A DNA stretch of 63,997 nucleotides, filler included, from Stramenopiles sp. TOSAG23-3 (lineage: Eukaryota): the NCBI GenBank assembly GCA_900128585.1. It is 13 parts of 13 records of this genome, joined end to end, with 100 filler letters (N's around TTAATTAATTAA, not from the genome) between each part and the next. Parts side by side here need not be neighbours in the genome. Positions count along the whole stretch, not along the records: positions 34,578 to 39,408 come from LT643690.1; positions 39,509 to 44,338 come from LT643691.1; positions 44,439 to 49,265 come from LT643692.1; 10 more parts are not named here. One strand, 5' to 3'. A program made the translations under genes and the position numbers. Every line of letters starts with the position of its first letter. The first letter of the stretch is position 1. Of this stretch, positions 35,908-47,364 are shown piece after piece. A model generated the notes under the pieces. That model searched no databases and was not told the DNA's origin. It was given only the letters and a program-made list of their open reading frames with translations.

Positions 35908-37851
35908 ATGAGCGTGTCCGATCCGCGGTTTGCGGCCGTTCACAACGACCCTCGTTTCGCACGGAACGTTGAAAAGAAAACCAAAGTGAAAAAAGATGAT
36001 CGATTTTCGGCCATGTTTACAGATCCTGATTTTAACAAAGAAATTATGACCAAAGTAGACAAGTATGGTAGAAAAAATGTCCCTTCGAAACCATCTTCCG
36101 AGTTCGATTCGTCCGACTCCGACTCGGAGTCCTCTTCCTCCAGTTCTTCCGACGAGAAGTTGGCACCAAGCAAAGGCTCAACGAAAACCGAATCGAACAA
36201 AAAGCAGCCAAAAGGTAAAGATTCGGACCGGATGGAGAAGTTGAACAGGATGGCACGCGGCGAAGGGAACGATTCCGACTATTCTTCCAGCAGTAGCAGT
36301 AGCGATGCCGACGATTCAGACTCCGACACCTCCTCTTCGGACGAGGACGACGCCGAGTACTCTGGGCACGAAGAGTACAACGAAAATCTGGGACACGTAG
36401 AGTATATCCCGACAGGCGAGGAAACCAACCGGATAGCACTTGTCAACATGGATTGGGAGCATGTCAAAGCTGTCGACATATATGCTCTGTTGCAATCGTT
36501 CGTTTCAGGACCAGGCGCGATTATGAACGTATCAGTATACCCGTCTACGTTTGGGTTGGAAAGAATGGCCTTGGAATCGTCCATAGGGCCAGTTGGGTTG
36601 TTTCAAAAGAGTAAAAGTGTAGCCGACGAATCTGGTCCAACCCAAGGTTCCAGTGAGCTCGGTGGTGACCTGGATGTTGAAAAGGTACGCCAGTACGAAA
36701 AGGACAAACTAAAGTACTATTATGCAGTGATCACCTGCGAATCGACGAAGACAGGAATTGCCGTCTACAACGAATGCGACGGTATGGAATACGAAACTAG
36801 TTCTAATGTACTGGACTTGCGCTTTGTCCCGAACGACACAAAGTTTGAGCGGAAACCAAGAGATACAGCGGACACAATTCCCCGCAATTACAAGCCCCCG
36901 GCTTGGTTTGCGACAAAAGCATTGCAACAATCGAATGTGAAGCTGTCGTGGGACGGGTCCGATGATGAGCGAGACGACAGGTTGAAGAATTGGCGACATA
37001 GTACAGATGACAAAAGCAGCAAAAAGTTAGCAAAAGAAGAAGATCTAAGGATGTACCTCGCCGGCGTGTCGGACGATTCAGACGCCGAGGATTCAAAGCA
37101 ATACAGCGCCAAATTGCCCGCTGGCGATAGGGAAGACGCAAAGAAAATGCGCATGCTGCTGGGCCTTGGGAACGAAAGCTCTGAAGACGAGGAGGAGGAC
37201 GGTGACGTGCCAGCTGGTTTTGATGCAAAAGACCTGGACAGCTCTGACAACGACGAGGTCTTAGAAATTACATTTACACCTGGCTTAGGAGAGAACTTGC
37301 TGAAAAAGAAGAGGCAGAAAGAGATGCAAAAGGGCGAAACAGTTTTTGAAAAATACCAACGGGAAAAAAAGAATAAACGGAAAGAGCGCCAACGATTGAA
37401 GAAACGGGGACGGGATGGTGATAGCAGCAGCACCAACGCTAGTGCCCACCACGGCAACACAGGTGGATTAAGTCGGGATAAACATAGCAAAGACAACGCT
37501 GGTTCCCTTCGGCGGGAGGTTGCTTCGAAAGAAGAGCTGGAACTTTTGATGAAGTCAGACAGTCTGGAGAAAGGAAGCAACAGTGGCCTAAAATCCCAGC
37601 AGTTAGAGGATTACGATTTTAACCAAATTGTAAAGGCCGAGAAACGAAGAAAGAAGAGGCGAAAGGGCAAGAAAGGAAAAGCGGAGCCAGAAATTGTGGA
37701 CACCTTTGAGGTGAACACAACAGACCCTCGATTTTCGGCTATGTACGACGATTCAAGTTTTGCAATCGACCCTACTCATCCTAAATTTCGGGACACTCGA
37801 AGCATGAAGAAGATATTGGCAGAGAAGGACAAGAAGCGCGGATTCAACTAA
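35908..37851 (+). CDS. ESF1: Pre-rRNA processing protein ESF1
   Basis: DPRFAAVHNDPRF, VDKYGR, TNRIALVNMDWEHVKAVD, VSVYPSTFGLERM, YYYAV, CDGMEYETSSNVLDLRFVP, NUC153 motif DPRFSAMYDDSSFAIDPTHPKF. Confidence 0.96.
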   Translation: MSVSDPRFAAVHNDPRFARNVEKKTKVKKDDRFSAMFTDPDFNKEIMTKVDKYGRKNVPSKPSSEFDSSDSDSESSSSSSSDEKLAPSKGSTKTESNKKQPKGKDSDRMEKLNRMARGEGNDSDYSSSSSSSDADDSDSDTSSSDEDDAEYSGHEEYNENLGHVEYIPTGEETNRIALVNMDWEHVKAVDIYALLQSFVSGPGAIMNVSVYPSTFGLERMALESSIGPVGLFQKSKSVADESGPTQGSSELGGDLDVEKVRQYEKDKLKYYYAVITCESTKTGIAVYNECDGMEYETSSNVLDLRFVPNDTKFERKPRDTADTIPRNYKPPAWFATKALQQSNVKLSWDGSDDERDDRLKNWRHSTDDKSSKKLAKEEDLRMYLAGVSDDSDAEDSKQYSAKLPAGDREDAKKMRMLLGLGNESSEDEEEDGDVPAGFDAKDLDSSDNDEVLEITFTPGLGENLLKKKRQKEMQKGETVFEKYQREKKNKRKERQRLKKRGRDGDSSSTNASAHHGNTGGLSRDKHSKDNAGSLRREVASKEELELLMKSDSLEKGSNSGLKSQQLEDYDFNQIVKAEKRRKKRRKGKKGKAEPEIVDTFEVNTTDPRFSAMYDDSSFAIDPTHPKFRDTRSMKKILAEKDKKRGFN

Positions 37852-37901
37852 AAAACAAGAAAATTGGCTGTTATTTAAGTAATTAAATTTAGCTTCCTCA
37901 T
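37852..37901 (-). mobile_element. Family A element short copy abutting the ESF1 stop codon
   Basis: AAAACAAGAAAATTGGCTGTTATTTAAGTAATTAAA begins immediately after TAA. Flanks are GATTCAACTA (37841-37850) and GATTCAGCTA (37902-37911). Confidence 0.75.
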
Positions 37902-38127
37902 GATTCAGCTATCATATCATAAAAGGCAGAAAGCAACAGAAAGAGTAGTGTGTTTAAGTTTTGTAATTCTTTTTTAATATTCAACAAATATCTCTAGGAA
38001 CATTTTCTGTATTTATAAGACTGAAAAAAAATAAGATGCTTGACCACACTTCGTAAGTAAGAATTCTTGTTTTACGAATTTTTATAAAATCTCATCTCCT
38101 GTCGTAAACTTGCGCCGCCGAACACTT

Positions 38128-39069
38128 TTACTCCGCGCTGATCGGGTCACTCCCTTGGTTAAAGCTTGACCAATAATCTTGGCAATCTAAAGCAACTTCG
38201 CAGCTTTCGCGAACAACACCATCCTTATCGTCCTTGAACTCTTCCAAAATGGAACGACATGATTCCTCTGCTCCAACGATTGCCCCCAGTGCTTCCGCCG
38301 CTTCATGCCTCACCATGTTGTGCTCCCCAATGCGCTTGAGCGATTCAGCAAGTGCTGGGGCCCCTGCGGCCAATTGCATTTGGCCCAACACAAACGCAAC
38401 CTCGTGGCGCAGAAGAGCACTGCTCTCGTCGCTCACCAAAACCGTTCCTAGTTGAGTTGCAGAATCATCGCAGCTCATGTTCCTCAAGGCAAACATTGCC
38501 TTGTACCGGTCAAAGAGGGGGAGGGACTCACTCGCCAGCCTTTTCCCCAACTCCTCCGCAGTCAGCGACGTATCGACCTCGGCGGGAGCAGGGTCCGAAC
38601 CTTCGTACGGACTCATGCACGCGCACGTCAGCGGCTTTTGACCCGTTTCTCCATCAAGTTTCCACTTCAAATAATTTGTTGCAATCTCACAGGTTTCTCG
38701 AACCTCGACACTTTCAGAATCGTTTGCGAATTTTTCTAATATTTCCAAAGACCGAGCTTGTCCTATATTCCCAAGGGCTTCAGCACTCTCGTGCCGCACC
38801 ATGGCATCGTCAGTTGTGTCCGCAAGAACGCCCTCGAGCGCTTCACATGCTTCGGGGTTCTTTATCTGACCTAAAACGTACGCAAGTTCATGGCGGAGCA
38901 GTGGTGAATTTTCTTTATCGTTCAGCGCTTCCAGCAGTATATTGACAGCGTCCAAAGTCTCCATAGACCGCAAATAGTATATTGCCCTCATACGTTTTGC
39001 CACCGGGGACTGCCTGTCCAGCAACCCTTTACTCAACGCCTCAAGGCCTGGCCCATTATATGAACTCAT
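38128..39069 (-). CDS. DOHH: Deoxyhypusine hydroxylase
   Basis: HEAT-like repeats with four HE motifs (LLRHELAYVLGQ, MVRHESAEALG, LLRHEVAFVLGQ, MVRHEAAEALG), DPAP and VVRESCEVALD. Confidence 0.96.
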   Translation of the reverse strand: MSSYNGPGLEALSKGLLDRQSPVAKRMRAIYYLRSMETLDAVNILLEALNDKENSPLLRHELAYVLGQIKNPEACEALEGVLADTTDDAMVRHESAEALGNIGQARSLEILEKFANDSESVEVRETCEIATNYLKWKLDGETGQKPLTCACMSPYEGSDPAPAEVDTSLTAEELGKRLASESLPLFDRYKAMFALRNMSCDDSATQLGTVLVSDESSALLRHEVAFVLGQMQLAAGAPALAESLKRIGEHNMVRHEAAEALGAIVGAEESCRSILEEFKDDKDGVVRESCEVALDCQDYWSSFNQGSDPISAE

Positions 39070-39508
39070 GATGCTTTATAATCCGAGTTGTAAAAGTCAC
39101 ACGATTTGAAAGCAATAGAAAGGACCAAGACGAGCTGGGCTGCTATAAAATTGAGGTGAACTGCACATGCGTTACTCGTATGTCGAACCTACTGCTGCGT
39201 AAATATCAAAGGTTTATAAGGAAATGGAATCGGCACCATACATATATTTAAATATACATCGTGAACAACCTTCCTCCCTTCCTCTTGCTGCTTCGTTCTT
39301 CTTCTTCTTTTTTTCTCTTCTTCTTTTTTTCTCTTCTTCTTTTTTCTCTTTTTCTTCCCACGGGGTATCACATCTTCCTCAGTCCATCCCATCCCCCCTC
39401 CCTCCTCCNNNNNNNNNNNNNNNNNNNNNNNNNNNNNNNNNNNNNNNNNNNNTTAATTAATTAANNNNNNNNNNNNNNNNNNNNNNNNNNNNNNNNNNNN
39501 NNNNNNNN

Positions 39509-39625
39509 GTACACTTAATAATATAGATACAGCATTAAACCAATCGGTTAAAAAATGGTAAAAAAATGAAATTTTATCGACACACACACCCCCCCCCTGT
39601 CAGCTAATCGTGCAATCAACAATAT
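39509..39625 (+). repeat. Dispersed repeat family B, copy 2 (at contig start)
   Basis: Closely matches 10146-10283. Confidence 0.8.
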
Positions 39626-39862
39626 TAATATTACCATCTGCTGCCTGCTGGTAATATCTTTTTCTTTCCTTCTTCTTCTCTCTTCTTCTTCTCTTCTTTC
39701 TTCTCTCTATCAATTTTTTGTAACATTGGTCTTTGGTTATTTGCGAAATCGACCAAAAAGAAAAATCATTACAAACACAACAAACATGTTTTCAGGCAAA
39801 TCAAAAAAGTAATAAATTTCTTTAGACGTATACATACATTTTGCAAGTACATTTTTCTCTTT

Positions 39863-42800
39863 ATGGCAGCGCAGCCTACAGGAGGCGGGGGCAGTTCATC
39901 AGGGCCGCCGCCCCAGAAACGCCGAAGGCTTGGAAGTCCTGCGTGCGATTGCCAGAAGAAATGCGAGAACGAAAATTGTCTTCTGCGCCAGAAGTGGCAT
40001 GTATGTCATGAGCGCCGAAACTGTAAATATTTTGTTCATAGCAATTCTGAAAGTCAGAGCTTGCGAACAATTGGTACCGGAGTACCACCGTGCTGCTGCT
40101 ATATTTGCAAAATAGCTCGTATTGAAATTGCTCAGAAACCTCGTTCCCACGTCAGACCGTGCACTCTTCATCATGGGCCTGCTGGGTCTGCAGTAGATCA
40201 AATGTATGTTCTTCGAATGCTTCCACCAGATATAGAAACGATCAGGGGAAAGGAGGGTATTCAGCCCTACTCTTTTAGGGAACAAAGGTACGCTAGATGG
40301 TATGTGGGCATCGCTGGAAAAAAGAAGAGAGAAAGAAGTGGAGACACAGGCAGGATGGTCGAAGACGCTGCCGAATTGCGTTTTTATGATCATAATGGCC
40401 TTTCCAGACCAGGTGGTCGCCCTTGGGGCGGATCAAAATGGTCGAAATTCCATTTGCAAAGAGGGTGGTCTATTGAGTTACACTATGTGGGCCCATATGT
40501 TGGAACAGAGACAGATACATACGAGGATGATCTCACCAAACAGCTCATGCTATTTTACGGGATGAACACTGCACGAGGAGGCCAAAAAACATCTGTACGT
40601 TTAAAGAATAGTCAAATACAAGCCTACAACAGCGCTGTTGCCGACGCAAAGGATGTTTGCGAATGTTGTTTTCAAAAAGGGCATTATATTTCCAATTGCC
40701 CAAAAACAATAAAACCGGGGGAGCTTGGCTACACAATGTACTATGCAGTTCCAACGGAGGACGATTTAAGCTTCAATCGTCGTGATTTGGTCCAGCATTA
40801 TGATCCAATCTTGAACTTACCATCTACCGGTCCTCCGGTTGGTCGCGGTAATGGTAGAACTGCAGACGATGAAAGAAACGCGGTAGTTGCAATTGGGGGA
40901 CAAATATGGGACACGCTGGTTAATTTGAATCTCCCCATTCGAAGCTGTCTTGGGCTGCGTTCAGCTATTACACAAGAAGACAAAGAAATTGGCAGTTTGC
41001 TTAGTGGTTGCCCAGATATAAAACAATTTATTAAGAACTATGCCCCGTACACATCCACGGGAGCTAGTTCTTCCATCAAACTGAGAAAGCACCAGTATGA
41101 CATCGTCGAAGAACTCGAGAATTATCACAATAATCCCCGACATGTCGTTTTAGAGGCCCCTACATCTGCAGGAAAGACACTATGCCAGATTATATGGGCT
41201 GTTTATCATCTATACAAAGACCCAGCCGCAACCGTTATGATCCTTGTACCAACGCAAGCAATTATGTGGAACCATGCAAAAACGTTAGAAGATGTCTCGT
41301 TTAAAACCGCGGAAACAGAAGCAGAAAAAAAGGACCCTTTTCAGCACATAATACCGATAAGCGACGAGGAAAACCTATCCTATGGTGGAACATTTTGGCT
41401 AGGGTCGAGAGAATCGCGAAAGCCCGTCGGTTGGACGGTGTGGCAAGGGAAAGGCACAGGGCTTACACGAAATGTAGAAATGGCCGACCACGAAACCCAC
41501 CAGACATTTCAGCAAGCACGGCTGATCATCGCTACAGTAGATAAAATTCACCACAGCCTTCTTGCCCCTCTACGTAGCAACGCCAACGAGCACCAAAGGA
41601 AGCTCTCCAATTTTGGAAAACGCGTGGCTCGTAACCTGTCCAGTATAATCATAGACGAAGTTCACCAATGCACAGGAGTGTTTGGTGGACATGTACATTG
41701 GCTACTTCAACGTCTGCAACTGTATGCTAATGTTCGGCAAATGCGAATTCTTGTAGCAACCGCAACGATAAAAGATCCGGTGGCGTTCACACGGCGTTTG
41801 ATCGGGTGTCAAGAAGACCGCGTTCACCGGATCTCAACCGGTCCGAGTTCCAGAACGGTGTACGATATTGGCCTTTCTCGCGAAGGGTATGTGGCTGCGC
41901 TACGGAACAAACTGCCCTTAGATACTTCCCGTGAATGGTTACGGGTGGTGATTTTTGTAGAGGTAGACGGGAAATTATCTTTTGAAGCCATGAAACAACT
42001 GATATGCGCCAATACGCTGCACGCCCAACACGAGAAGAACGAACGTTCACGGGCTTTGGTGTTCATGTCTTCCAAAGTAAGCGCGGATTCTCTTCAATTG
42101 TGCCTCAGTACGACAGGCCGACCGACCATGACGTATAACGCCGATTTGACCCCAATCGATCGTCGTCGGTACGAAACGGTGTTAACAAAAGAAGAAAGCG
42201 ATGGTCTAAATGTCATAGGGACGTCTGCGCTAGAAATGGGAGTCAATATCAAAGGTTTGGATGTCACGGTGATTCAACGATGTCCCAATGACCCCATGAG
42301 CATCGANNNNNNNNNNNNNNNNNNNNNNNNNNNNNNNNNNNNNNNNNNNNNNNNNNNNNNNNNNNNNNNNNNNNNNNNNNNNNNNNNNNNNNNNNNNNNN
42401 NNNNNNNNNNNNNNNNNNNNNNNNNNNNNNNNNNNNNNNNNNNNNNNNNNNNNNNNNNNNNNNNNNNNNNNNNNNNNNNNNNNNNNNNNNNNNNNNNNNN
42501 NNNNNNNNNNNNGGTGGGGGAAGAGAGACACTGCAGCGCGCGGCAAATATTACCGTTAATGCTGATAATCTAGATCTCCTTAAAGATCAATGGGGAGAAT
42601 CAGAAGAAACTGCCAAAACGTTATTGGACAATCGTTACACGACGGTGTCAGGAGCGCCTGTAAACAACATGGAACGCCCGTGGTACCGCGATTTTGGTCT
42701 TCGGGGAGGGGGTCAAATGGACGGCAAGGTTCCTGTGTACAAAATGCGTCGCCTTCCGGACAATACTTATCGTCGACAACGGTGGCAAGGACGGGGCAGT

Positions 42801-44338
42801 CGACTGGCAGAAATCCGTCGCATGAGTCGAATGGACGTTTTAAAACGCTTGCACCCAGAGGGTGTATTGACTTTTGGCGGGAAGTTTTATAGGGTTGTTG
42901 CCTACCGTGTAGTTTTATCTGGGCGCGCGAAAGCACTTAGAGAAATAAAGAGCAGGATTGTCGGCGATTCCAGAGTTCCCGCTATGCACAACGATTATCC
43001 GGCACTGTTTGCCGAGGAAGGAATGCAAGCAGATCAATTCTGCGCAGATTGTCACTTAAACAACATGGTAACCTCTGTGTCAAATTGTGAATTCCGTACA
43101 TTGCACGCTTTTGTAGACGAAAAGCAGACCTTTGCTGCCCCTACAAAGTCTTTTTGCGGTCGGTTTATTTGGAACTATACGGAAGATGAATCGGATGGAA
43201 CCGGATATAGGCCTTGGGACCTTGAAAACGATCCAACTTGGTTTAGAATAGAAGTTGTGAACGATGAAGAGGTTCACTGGTCAATTATTCAGGAAAAAAT
43301 TAGGGGACTCGATGCTAGACTTTCAGAAACAGGCCATACTTATATGACCTACACTCATGAAATGACTGGTGAAACGAGGTCGATTGTAAAAGACGCCACT
43401 GTCGTAGAGAAAACATTACCACAAAGTCGCCAATTTATCGTCCGGTTCGACCAAACGCCTCCTCCGAGCGGAGACACAATGCCGTTGCTCCAAATTAAAG
43501 TCGACGGCACGGGAGCTGCTGTGAACGCAGAACGGTTAATTAATGCCACTGCCAACTGCGAAAGGTGTGCACTTGGGCGGAACGAGCTTTCTGTTCCACG
43601 AAGGGAGTGTATATTAAGTGCCGATAATTTGCCCAAATGCCCAATGGGCCAATGGTTAGCACGGGTGCAATGGGTTGGTCTTCTAGAAGATGAATTCGAC
43701 GTTCTGGGTCGAAACAGTACCACCTACAGTAGAATATCTAAAACAATTCGCGACCTTTTGCCAAATGACGAGCGCCGCTTTTTGAATAACACGCACCATA
43801 CCATAAAATGTGGCAGGTGGATAAACGAAGTTCATTGGGATGGGTACCATAAAGGGTTCAACAAAACGGTCGATCGCGAAGACGTTTTTGCTAGGATGAA
43901 TCTGCTGCATTGTGGCGAAACTATCGACAAGTTTGAATCTGGGTTTCATGATGATATTTTCTATTCTGATGTCCAACTAAAGATTCCCGGCTTGGAATGG
44001 GTACACAGTGTATCTCCCAATTACGGTGAGGAATGTTGCAATGCAGCAGCATATGTGTTGACGTTTCGCCTTAGCGGCGCGCTGAGTTGTTCCATGTCAT
44101 CGCTGGACATTAAAATAAATTATTTTTCCACGCGAAATTCTATCCTTATTTTGGACGAGAGTGACAGCGGACTTATCATCGAAGCGATGCAGAAAGGCGG
44201 TCTATTTTTTTGGGAAGAGCCGGAAAATGTTATGGCTGGCTTTGACTCGGAAAATGGCGACATGAGAAAACGATTACAAGGCAGAGAAAATTTTGATGCC
44301 CGTGCATCCGACGCATTGGAGACCATTCAAAAGAGACA
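39863..44338 (+). CDS. Cys-rich/GIY-YIG-like/CCHC zinc knuckle region fused to an Hrq1/MrfA-like DEAH helicase; spans gap 42307-42512; 3'-partial
   Basis: MYVL...WYVG...RFYDH...GGSKWSK...EDDLTKQLMLFYGMNTARGG; CECCFQKGHYISNC. Helicase motifs APTSAGKT, ILVPTQA, IIIDEVH..TGVFGGHV, ATAT, GTSALEMGVNI. After the gap one frame is open from 42513 to 44338 with LHPEGVLTFGGKFYRV and a DUF1998-like ending. Confidence 0.78.
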
Positions 44339-44729
44339 NNNNNNNNNNNNNNNNNNNNNNNNNNNNNNNNNNNNNNNNNNNNTTAATTAATTAANNNNNN
44401 NNNNNNNNNNNNNNNNNNNNNNNNNNNNNNNNNNNNNNTATATCTCTTCTTCTTTCTCTTCTTCTCTCCTCCTCTCCTCCTCTTTCCTTCTTCGCCGTCG
44501 TGCATAATTCTCTCTTAGTTCCTGGGGTCTTTTTGCAATACTCATTTTTCAAGCCCACAATCTTCCAGCGAAAAATTCTTGCAAATGGACGCACGACTTG
44601 AAGTACAATTGCACGTTGTGAGTAAGGTCAGACCTTTGCTCCAGACTTCAAGTATTTTTTTACCAAGCTGTACGCAGGGAGGAGCGTGATATCGAACCAT
44701 ATACTAGGTTGTGTATTCCTGGCGATAAC

Positions 44730-46322
44730 ATGACGGGGCGATCGGGACGGGCAAGGACTGTTCGAACGCGGAGGACCGTGGCAGAAGTGTCTGACACTCA
44801 TGATGGAAGCGACGTGGATTCTCCATCAGCGACTGCGGCGACTGTGACTAGTTCATCAACATCGCCACCGTCAACTTCATTGCCAAGGCGCCGTCGAAAT
44901 ATCCGGAATATAGTAGACCCTGTGACCTCCAACAGTAGTGGTCCATCTGCCAGCAACAGTCTAGAAGCCAATCTTAACGATCCTGAGTCCCAGAGGAGCC
45001 ACAGGGTTGCGACAAGAAGGGGGTCTGCTGCCCCAATACCGCCCAGTTATTTCTTCAGTACAAACAGTGCTGGCGTGAGAAGTAGAGCGATGACGACACC
45101 AACATCCTCCTCCGCTGCGCCAGCGCTGCATACTCCGCACTCGGAAACAAAAGCCTATAAAAGCCATGAAATGTGTACCGAAACCGTAACAGACACTCAC
45201 CATGTACACAAGACTTGGACCATACGTAATTGGAGTGGTATTCCACAGACAGAGGGATACATAGTATACGATGAAGAGTTTCAATTCGTCGATCACCGCT
45301 GGCGATTGCGTTTGTACCCGGGGGGCGTCACTGAGAACGTGAAAGGTTACATCTCATTTTACCTAGACTGTAGAGACGCAACGGAGGAGCACCCCGCATA
45401 CGAACGCCACACGTTTCGTGTTGTCAACCAACTAGACCCCAATAATCACTGGGAACAGCACTCATTGCCGTACAAGGAACACAAAGATCCAGATGGTTGG
45501 GGATGGGGAAAATTTTTGTCTCATGCACAGTTGAAAAAAGAGGAGACTGGCTTCCGAGTGCAAGACACTGTCATTATCGAATTAGAGTTGTACGTATATG
45601 GCGAAAAGAAGAACACGACTGTGAAAGCGCTGAAAGCAAAGAATGAAAATGTCGAGGAAGTTGTTCCCGTCCCAGACTCTACGTTGTCAAGCGATTTGTG
45701 CGAACTATTTAATTCGAGTAATTTTAGTGACGTTGCCTTTCTGGTCGAGGGGCACAAGTTTCCTGCACACAAAGCTATTTTGTCTATCCGTTCACCCATG
45801 CTGTATGCCATGTTCGGGAATGGAATGAAAGAAAGTGTCGCCACGGAAGTCATTGTTGAAGATATTGAACGAGATATTTTTAAAGAGGTTCTCCGATTTA
45901 TATACTCTGGCTTTGTGTCACCTAACGTGCTTGACACGTCTCCAATCCACCTGCTTGCTGCAGCAGACAAGTACCACTTGTGCAGGCTTAAAGCTGTCTG
46001 CGAAAACCGGTTGTTTGAGCAGATGACTTTCATGGATTGTGCAGATGTGCTTGTCGCTGCAGACATGCACAATGCAAATGCATTGAAAGAGCGGTGTTTG
46101 GCGTTTATGACCGAGTCAACGGAAAGAATTCGTGATGTTATGGAGACTGATTCCTTTAAACATTTGACAGAGACACGCCCGAGGCTGATGGTCCATATAA
46201 TGCAAGCCATGTCGGACGAAAATATTCTAATGACGCCTGGCAAAAAGCGAGTGCTTGAACTTTCTGCCGGTGGAGAAGGTGGGCGCAGAAAACGTCGACG
46301 AGGTAGTGGATCCAATCGATAA
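44730..46322 (+). CDS. MATH-BTB (SPOP/BPM-like) Cullin-3 adaptor
   Basis: MATH: WTIRNWS, WRLRLYPGG, GYISFYL, GWGWGKFL. BTB: FSDVAFLVEGHKFPAHKAILSIRSPMLYAMF, LLAAADKY. The likely ATG is at 44730. Confidence 0.93.
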   Translation: MTGRSGRARTVRTRRTVAEVSDTHDGSDVDSPSATAATVTSSSTSPPSTSLPRRRRNIRNIVDPVTSNSSGPSASNSLEANLNDPESQRSHRVATRRGSAAPIPPSYFFSTNSAGVRSRAMTTPTSSSAAPALHTPHSETKAYKSHEMCTETVTDTHHVHKTWTIRNWSGIPQTEGYIVYDEEFQFVDHRWRLRLYPGGVTENVKGYISFYLDCRDATEEHPAYERHTFRVVNQLDPNNHWEQHSLPYKEHKDPDGWGWGKFLSHAQLKKEETGFRVQDTVIIELELYVYGEKKNTTVKALKAKNENVEEVVPVPDSTLSSDLCELFNSSNFSDVAFLVEGHKFPAHKAILSIRSPMLYAMFGNGMKESVATEVIVEDIERDIFKEVLRFIYSGFVSPNVLDTSPIHLLAAADKYHLCRLKAVCENRLFEQMTFMDCADVLVAADMHNANALKERCLAFMTESTERIRDVMETDSFKHLTETRPRLMVHIMQAMSDENILMTPGKKRVLELSAGGEGGRRKRRRGSGSNR

Positions 46323-46472
46323 AATGCTTCCTCCACGCACGGTGTTTATTTAGTAGCACCCTGGTTCGGTATTTAATTCCTCACGAGAATCTTATAGCGC
46401 CCTGTGCGAAATACTGCGTTCCCACATGTCTCTGGGAAAATCGGAGTCACCCTACGGTGCTCACTTAATTTT

Positions 46473-47074
46473 AAACAAGAAAATTGTCTGTTATTAAGTA
46501 AATACTTAATTTAAAAAACAAGAAAATTGGCCTGTTATTTTATATGTAAAAGAAGCAAAAATTAAAATTAATGTACTGCGAACTGAAATCTAGATTTAGA
46601 CATGCCATTCTAGGTTTGCATTCCTTCATGAACTGCGAACTTATCTTTGCTCATGTGGTTTTACTCTAATCGATATACCCTTGTCAACCCAAAAATTTAA
46701 ACAAAATAATGGATGTTATACCCGGTATATTATTTTTAATTACTTAAATAACAGCCAATTTTCTTCTTGTTTTTATATAAAATCTCTAGATTTCAGTTCG
46801 CAGTACATTAATTTTAATTAAGATAAACATACTACTTAAATAAAAACAGCCAATTTTCTTCTTGTTTTTAATTTATAATCCATCTACTGATTCATATCAT
46901 AAATGGTCGTTCGGTCAAATCTACACTGATCGATTAGTAAAGACCAGAAGAGCAAAAATAAGTCTGCAGTTCATGAAGGAATGCAAACCTAGAATATCTA
47001 AATCTAGATTTCAGTTCGCAGTAGTACATTAATTTTAATTACTTAAATAATAACAGCGCCAATTTTCTTGTTTT
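46473..47074. mobile_element. Cluster of at least five family A copies in both orientations between convergent genes
   Basis: Reverse copies at 46473-46503 and 46513-46686; forward copies at about 46735-46773, 46785-46869 and 46876-47074. Near-duplication ACTTAATTT(T)AAA at 46463-46475 and 46504-46515. Confidence 0.82.
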
Positions 47075-47364
47075 AAATGTGAGTGAGGTTGTACGTTGTC
47101 GTTGTACCCCGATAAATTTTAATTTTTGGCCGTCAAACATAATTTCAGTATTCTTTTTGATAGGAACATTCATACCAAAATAAATTTGTCTTAAGGTACG
47201 AGGTCAATATCACAGATAAAGGTTAATGCTATTTAGATTATGTATATAATTTATAGTGATATTAGTTACTACCCATCCTTAGCTTTCTGTAATTTTACAA
47301 GACACTATAAAATTAATGATGAGATTGTTTTTAATTTTAAGATTTCTTAAAACGGAAACACAAG

